From Octopus sinensis (taxonomy: Eukaryota): DNA of 64,000 bases. Below the pieces are notes generated by a model. It was not told the origin of the DNA. It searched no databases and saw only the letters and a list, made by a program, of their open reading frames with translations. Shown in pieces: positions 63,695 to 64,000 of the stretch. The translations under genes were made by a program, and so were the position numbers. Positions within the stretch are counted from its first letter, which is position 1. The number at the start of each line of letters is the position of its first letter. The DNA lies in contig NC_043011.1 in NCBI RefSeq assembly GCF_006345805.1, forward strand, positions 5,704,001 through 5,768,000, written 5' to 3'.

Positions 63695-64000
63695 CCCTTT
63701 AGCAATTAAGCAGGTCATATCCGGCCTAGATAGTCTGTCTGTTTTATGTTCAAACTGATCAGATCCGGCCTCTCACACCTACCCTTCAATGTCATTCTAA
63801 AAATAATTAAGCATAGCATATAACAGAGCAATCCAAATGCTAAAAAGTTAATCCTTGTGGCATTTAGATTACTCTGTCAAATGTAATGCTTTTGAATTAA
63901 TCCTTTATTAATATCATAGCTTTGAGATTTTGGTGATGTGATTGTTTGTTTTTTGAGTGACATTGTAGGGTAGGTGTGAGAGGCTGGATATGGCTGGTTT
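63695..64000. mobile_element. Two TTAA MITE copies in opposite orientation sharing one TTAA
   Basis: Copy 1 63695-63847, TTAA 63848-63851, copy 2 from 63852 running off the window. Confidence 0.7.

Overview
AT-rich, microsatellite- and SINE-saturated animal DNA; the repeat families point to an octopus/cephalopod genome (inference). The window holds one split protein-coding gene on the minus strand, a tandem-PH-domain PLEKHA1/2 (TAPP) orthologue. Nine coding exons between 42631 and 10388 have canonical AG/GT boundaries and join in one open frame. Several competing phase-0 terminal exons lie between about 8180 and 3610. I could not find the first coding exon, so it is probably beyond the window end. 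The introns are almost entirely mobile DNA: at least four short-retroposon families, R4/Dong-, HERO- and Tx1-like LINE fragments, an internally deleted piggyBac, hAT and TTAA MITEs, and several Helitrons. The most notable signal is a tRNA-headed short element carrying a structurally complete minimal type-I hammerhead ribozyme (13700-13745, sense to the host pre-mRNA). It is present as a head-to-head inverted pair, and a second decayed hammerhead of different architecture lies near 2525-2612. Other oddities are a CpG-rich 361-bp tandem unit that folds into a rod, a head-to-tail SINE tetramer with a fixed truncation point, and a 76-bp-arm palindrome. All coordinates and alignments were done by eye; TE family names come from motif recognition, not database searches. 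Almost all ORFs in the supplied track are spurious repeat translations.
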